From Narcine bancroftii (Eukaryota): a stretch of 64,000 bases of DNA. Below, in pieces: positions 60,139-64,000 of this stretch. Below the pieces are notes generated by a model, which made no database searches, was not told where the DNA came from, and saw nothing but the letters and a program-made list of their open reading frames with translations. Each line of letters opens with the position of its first letter. Position 1 is the first letter of the stretch. The position numbers were made by a program, and so were the translations under genes. The stretch lies in contig NC_091471.1 of assembly GCF_036971445.1 (NCBI RefSeq), positions 240,932,001 through 240,996,000 on the forward strand. Reading direction: 5' to 3'.

Positions 60139-62690
60139 CAACCCCCAGCCCGACTGGCCTCCCGACTTCAAACCCCCAGCCCGACTGGCCTCCCGACTTC
60201 AAACCCCCAGCCCGACTGGCCTCCCGACTTCAAACCCCCAGCCCGACTGGCCTCCCGACTTCAAACCCCCAGCCCGACTGGCCTCCCGACTTCAAACCCC
60301 CAGCCCGACTGGCCTCCCGACACCAAACCCCCAGCCCGACTGGCCTCCCGACTTCAACCCCCCAGCCCGACTGGCCTCCCGACTTCAACCCCCCAGCCCG
60401 ACTGGCCTCCCGACTTCAAACCCCCAGCCCGACTGGCCTCCCGACTTCAAACCCCCAGCCCGACTGGCCTCCCGACACCAAACCCCCAGCCCGACTGGCC
60501 TCCCGACTTCAAACCCCCAGCCCGACTGGCCTCCCGACTTCAACCCCCCAGCCCGACTGGCCTCCCGACTTCAACCCCCCAGCCCGACTGGCCTCCCGAC
60601 TTCAAACCCCCAGCCCGACTGGCCTCCCGACTTCAAACCCCCAGCCCGACTGGCCTCCCGACACCAAACCCCCAGCCCGACTGGCCTCCCGACTTCAACC
60701 CCCCAGCCCGACTGGCCTCCCGACTTCAACCCCCCAGCCCGACTGGCCTCCCGACTTCAACCCCCCAGCCCGACTGGCCTCCCGACTTCAACCCCCCAGC
60801 CCGACTGGCCTCCCGACTTCAAACCCCCAGCCCGACTGGCCTCCCGACTTCAAACCCCCAGCCCGACTGGCCTCCCGACTTCAAACCCCCAGCCCGACTG
60901 GCCTCCCGACTTCAAACCCCCAGCCCGACTGGCCTCCCGACTTCAAACCCCCAGCCCGACTGGCCTCCCGACTTCAAACCCCCAGCCCGACTGGCCTCCC
61001 GACTTCAAACCCCCAGCCCGACTGGCCTCCCGACTTCAAACCCCCAGCCCGACTGGCCTCCCGACTTCAAACCCCCAGCCCGACTGGCCTCCCGACTTCA
61101 AACCCCCAGCCCGACTGGCCTCCCGACTTCAAACCCCCAGCCCGACTGGCCTCCCGACTTCAAACCCCCAGCCCGACTGGCCTCCCGACTTCAAACCCCC
61201 AGCCCGACTGGCCTCCCGACTTCAAACCCCCAGCCCGACTGGCCTCCCGACTTCAAACCCCCAGCCCGACTGGCCTCCCGACACCAAACCCCCAGCCCGA
61301 CTGGCCTCCCGACACCAAACCCCCAGCCCGACTGGCCTCCCGACACCAAACCCCCAGCCCGACTGGCCTCCCGACTTCAAACCCCCAGCCCGACTGGCCT
61401 CCCGACTTCAAACCCCCAGCCCGACTGGCCTCCCGACTTCAAACCCCCAGCCCGACTGGCCTCCCGACACCAAACCCCCAGCCCGACTGGCCTCCCGACT
61501 TCAACCCCCCAGCCCGACTGGCCTCCCGACTTCAACCCCCCAGCCCGACTGGCCTCCTGACTTCAAACCCCCAGCCCGACTGGCCTCCCGACTTCAAACC
61601 CCCAGCCCGACTGGCCTCCCGACTTCAAACCCCCAGCCCGACTGGCCTCCCGACTTCAAACCCCCAGCCCGACTGGCCTCCCGACTTCAAACCCCCAGCC
61701 CGACTGGCCTCCCGACTTCAACCCCCCAGCCCGACTGGCCTCCCGACTTCAACCCCCCAGCCCGACTGGCCTCCCGACTTCAAACCCCCAGCCCGACTGG
61801 CCTCCCGACTTCAAACCCCCAGCCCGACTGGCCTCCCGACACCAAACCCCCAGCCCGACTGGCCTCCCGACTTCAACCCCCCAGCCCGACTGGCCTCCCG
61901 ACTTCAACCCCCCCAGCCCGACTGGCCTCCCGACTTCAACCCCCCAGCCCGACTGGCCTCCCGACTTCAAACCCCCAGCCCGACTGGCCTCCCGACTTCA
62001 AACCCCCAGCCCGACTGGCCTCCCGACTTCAAACCCCCAGCCCGACTGGCCTCCCGACTTCAAACCCCCAGCCCGACTGGCCTCCCGACTTCAAACCCCC
62101 AGCCCGACTGGCCTCCCGACTTCAAACCCCCAGCCCGACTGGCCTCCCGACTTCAAACCCCCAGCCCGACTGGCCTCCCGACTTCAAACCCCCAGCCCGA
62201 CTGGCCTCCCGACTTCAAACCCCCAGCCCGACTGGCCTCCCGACTTCAAACCCCCAGCCCGACTGGCCTCCCGACTTCAAACCCCCAGCCCGACTGGCCT
62301 CCCGACTTCAAACCCCCAGCCCGACTGGCCTCCCGACTTCAAACCCCCAGCCCGACTGGCCTCCCGACTTCAAACCCCCAGCCCGACTGGCCTCCTGACT
62401 TCAAACCCCCAGCCCGACTGGCCTCCCGACTTCAAACCCCCAGCCCGACTGGCCTCCCGACTTCAAACCCCCAGCCCGACTGGCCTCCCGACTTCAAACC
62501 CCCAGCCCGACTGGCCTCCCGACACCAAACCCCCAGCCCGACTGGCCTCCCGACTTCAAACCCCCAGCCCGACTGGCCTCCCGACTTCAAACCCCCAGCC
62601 CGACTGGCTCCCGACTTCAAACCCCCAGCCCGACTGTCCTCCCGACTTCAAACCCCCAGCCCGACTGGCCTCCCGACTTCAAACCTCCAG
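60139..62690. repeat. 31-bp minisatellite (CAAACCCCCAGCCCGACTGGCCTCCCGACTT), about 82 copies
   Basis: Directly visible head-to-tail array with a few recurring variant units (..gacACCaaa.., ..ttcaaCccccc..). Confidence 0.97.
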
Positions 62691-63258
62691 CTGCGAGGAC
62701 GGACCCAGTGCTACTGAACAACAAAGCCCCAGCTGCAGAGAAGGCACAGTGCTACCCCCAGCGAGGGTGCAGATCTACCAGCCAACAAGGCCCCGGCCCC
62801 CAGCGAGGGCCCAGCACTACCAGCCAAAGAATTTTCCTCTGCCCTGCCAAAATATGGTAACTCTGCCTGGCCTGCAGGAAAATGAATTTCAGGGTTGTGT
62901 GTAATGTCATGCATGTATTCTGACAAAAAAAAAATTTGAAACTGCATGGCATCTTTCTTGTACTTTGGAAGAAACTCCCTACTGGTCTGCTCTATCTCTG
63001 CATTTTCAATACACCTGACAACAAATGAACTAGAGATAAGACTTCACAACCTTCTGGCCTGCAGAGAACGAGCACCAATAGTTGTATCACCCATGGGTCA
63101 CTTGATGCAGTGCTTGAAATGGATTGGGAAGAGAAACCCATCGGTTAGTATTGTGATACAAATGCAGCCGGATGACCTCATATTCTCCTCCGGGGAGGAG
63201 GGGGTCTTAGTTCCACAGTAACATGTCACACCGCCTGGCATGAAGGATGTACTATCCA

Positions 63259-63334
63259 GCCACAGTTCCACTCATTGGTCAGTGAGTTTCCCATCATCCA
63301 CAACCCACCGACAGCAATGAATGTTGATTGTGGC
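63259..63334 (-). ncRNA. mir181: miR-181 family pre-miRNA (miR-181b-type mature sequence at the miR-181d position)
   Basis: Minus strand 63325-63302 reads AACATTCATTGCTGTCGGTGGGTT (miR-181b-5p). The 3p arm CTCACTGACCAATGAGTGGAA lies at 63286-63266, and basal GCCACA/TGTGGC pairing closes the hairpin. Confidence 0.95.
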
Positions 63335-64000
63335 CTTTACCATTAGGTGATCACCAAAGTGACCGATAGCCAACTGAGCCTGTCCCCGATCCCAATGCTC
63401 TAATATTCCTCCATTGAATTGTAAGCTTTCCTACTATACACTGTTTCCTTTGAAGTTTACTTCCAATAGACCTACAGGCAGGTTGAGATCATTAAAAACA
63501 CACCTTAACTGGAACTGTGAAGATACATCACACCAGCGAATTAGCTTGCAGCACATGAAAAAGTTTAGTGAGAGTGCAAAAGCCAGTGAAAATAAAGGCA
63601 TGACCATAGCCATAGTGTGTGTCCACACACAAACAAAAATCAAGATACAAGAAACACCAGGAGTGTGCAGAGTGAGAATCAGTCAATAACAGCAAGAAAC
63701 AGAGTGTGAAGCTTCCAGATGCTGTAAATTGGACTGGAAATGTCGAACTCAAGTTGTTGCAGCTAGGGGTAGATTCAAAATGGATACCTCCATGAGTCGC
63801 AAGTTCTAAAGCTCAAATTTTGTTGTTATAAAAGAACCCAAGTTTCTTTATTACAATAAAAGAAACAAAGATTGGAAGCTGGCAAACACAAATTATTTAA
63901 GATGACCAAGAGTGAAATCAGGAAACCTTGGATGATTTGGCCCATGTTAAAGGAAGGTAGGGAAAACACTACAATCGATCATTGAAACACATCTCCCTTC

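Noticed and set aside
60139-62690. CRISPR-like array or repetitive protein ORFs (61749..61970, 62432..62620)
   Set aside because: Units are contiguous with no unique spacers and the context is eukaryotic. The 31-bp period cycles through frames and hits stops, so the ORFs are by-products.

Overview
Vertebrate genomic DNA, most likely from a cartilaginous fish (shark or ray). This is inferred from the repeat landscape: HE1/V-SINE-type tRNA SINEs, CR1, Rex1/Babar, RTE, L1 and Penelope-like elements. Reading splice sites by hand gives four genes. (1) The 5' ten coding exons of cc2d1a (minus strand, DM14 repeats), running off the left edge. (2) A complete nine-coding-exon brme1/C19orf57 (plus strand, 1063 aa), head-to-head with cc2d1a across a CpG island. 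(3) A single-ORF nanos gene (minus strand), nanos3 by position. (4) A miR-181b-type hairpin (minus strand). Order and orientation mirror the human 19p13 block MIR181C/D-NANOS3-BRME1-CC2D1A as I recall it. Most notable oddities: a 97-bp near-perfect direct repeat bracketing the nanos ORF; a 3'-truncated, tail-less L1 with a 19-bp target-site duplication (TSD); a ~220-bp inverted duplication between brme1 and nanos3; a 2.5-kb G-rich 31-bp minisatellite between the miRNA and nanos3; and a Chapaev-type DNA transposon relic. No searches were run; homology calls rest on recognised motifs.
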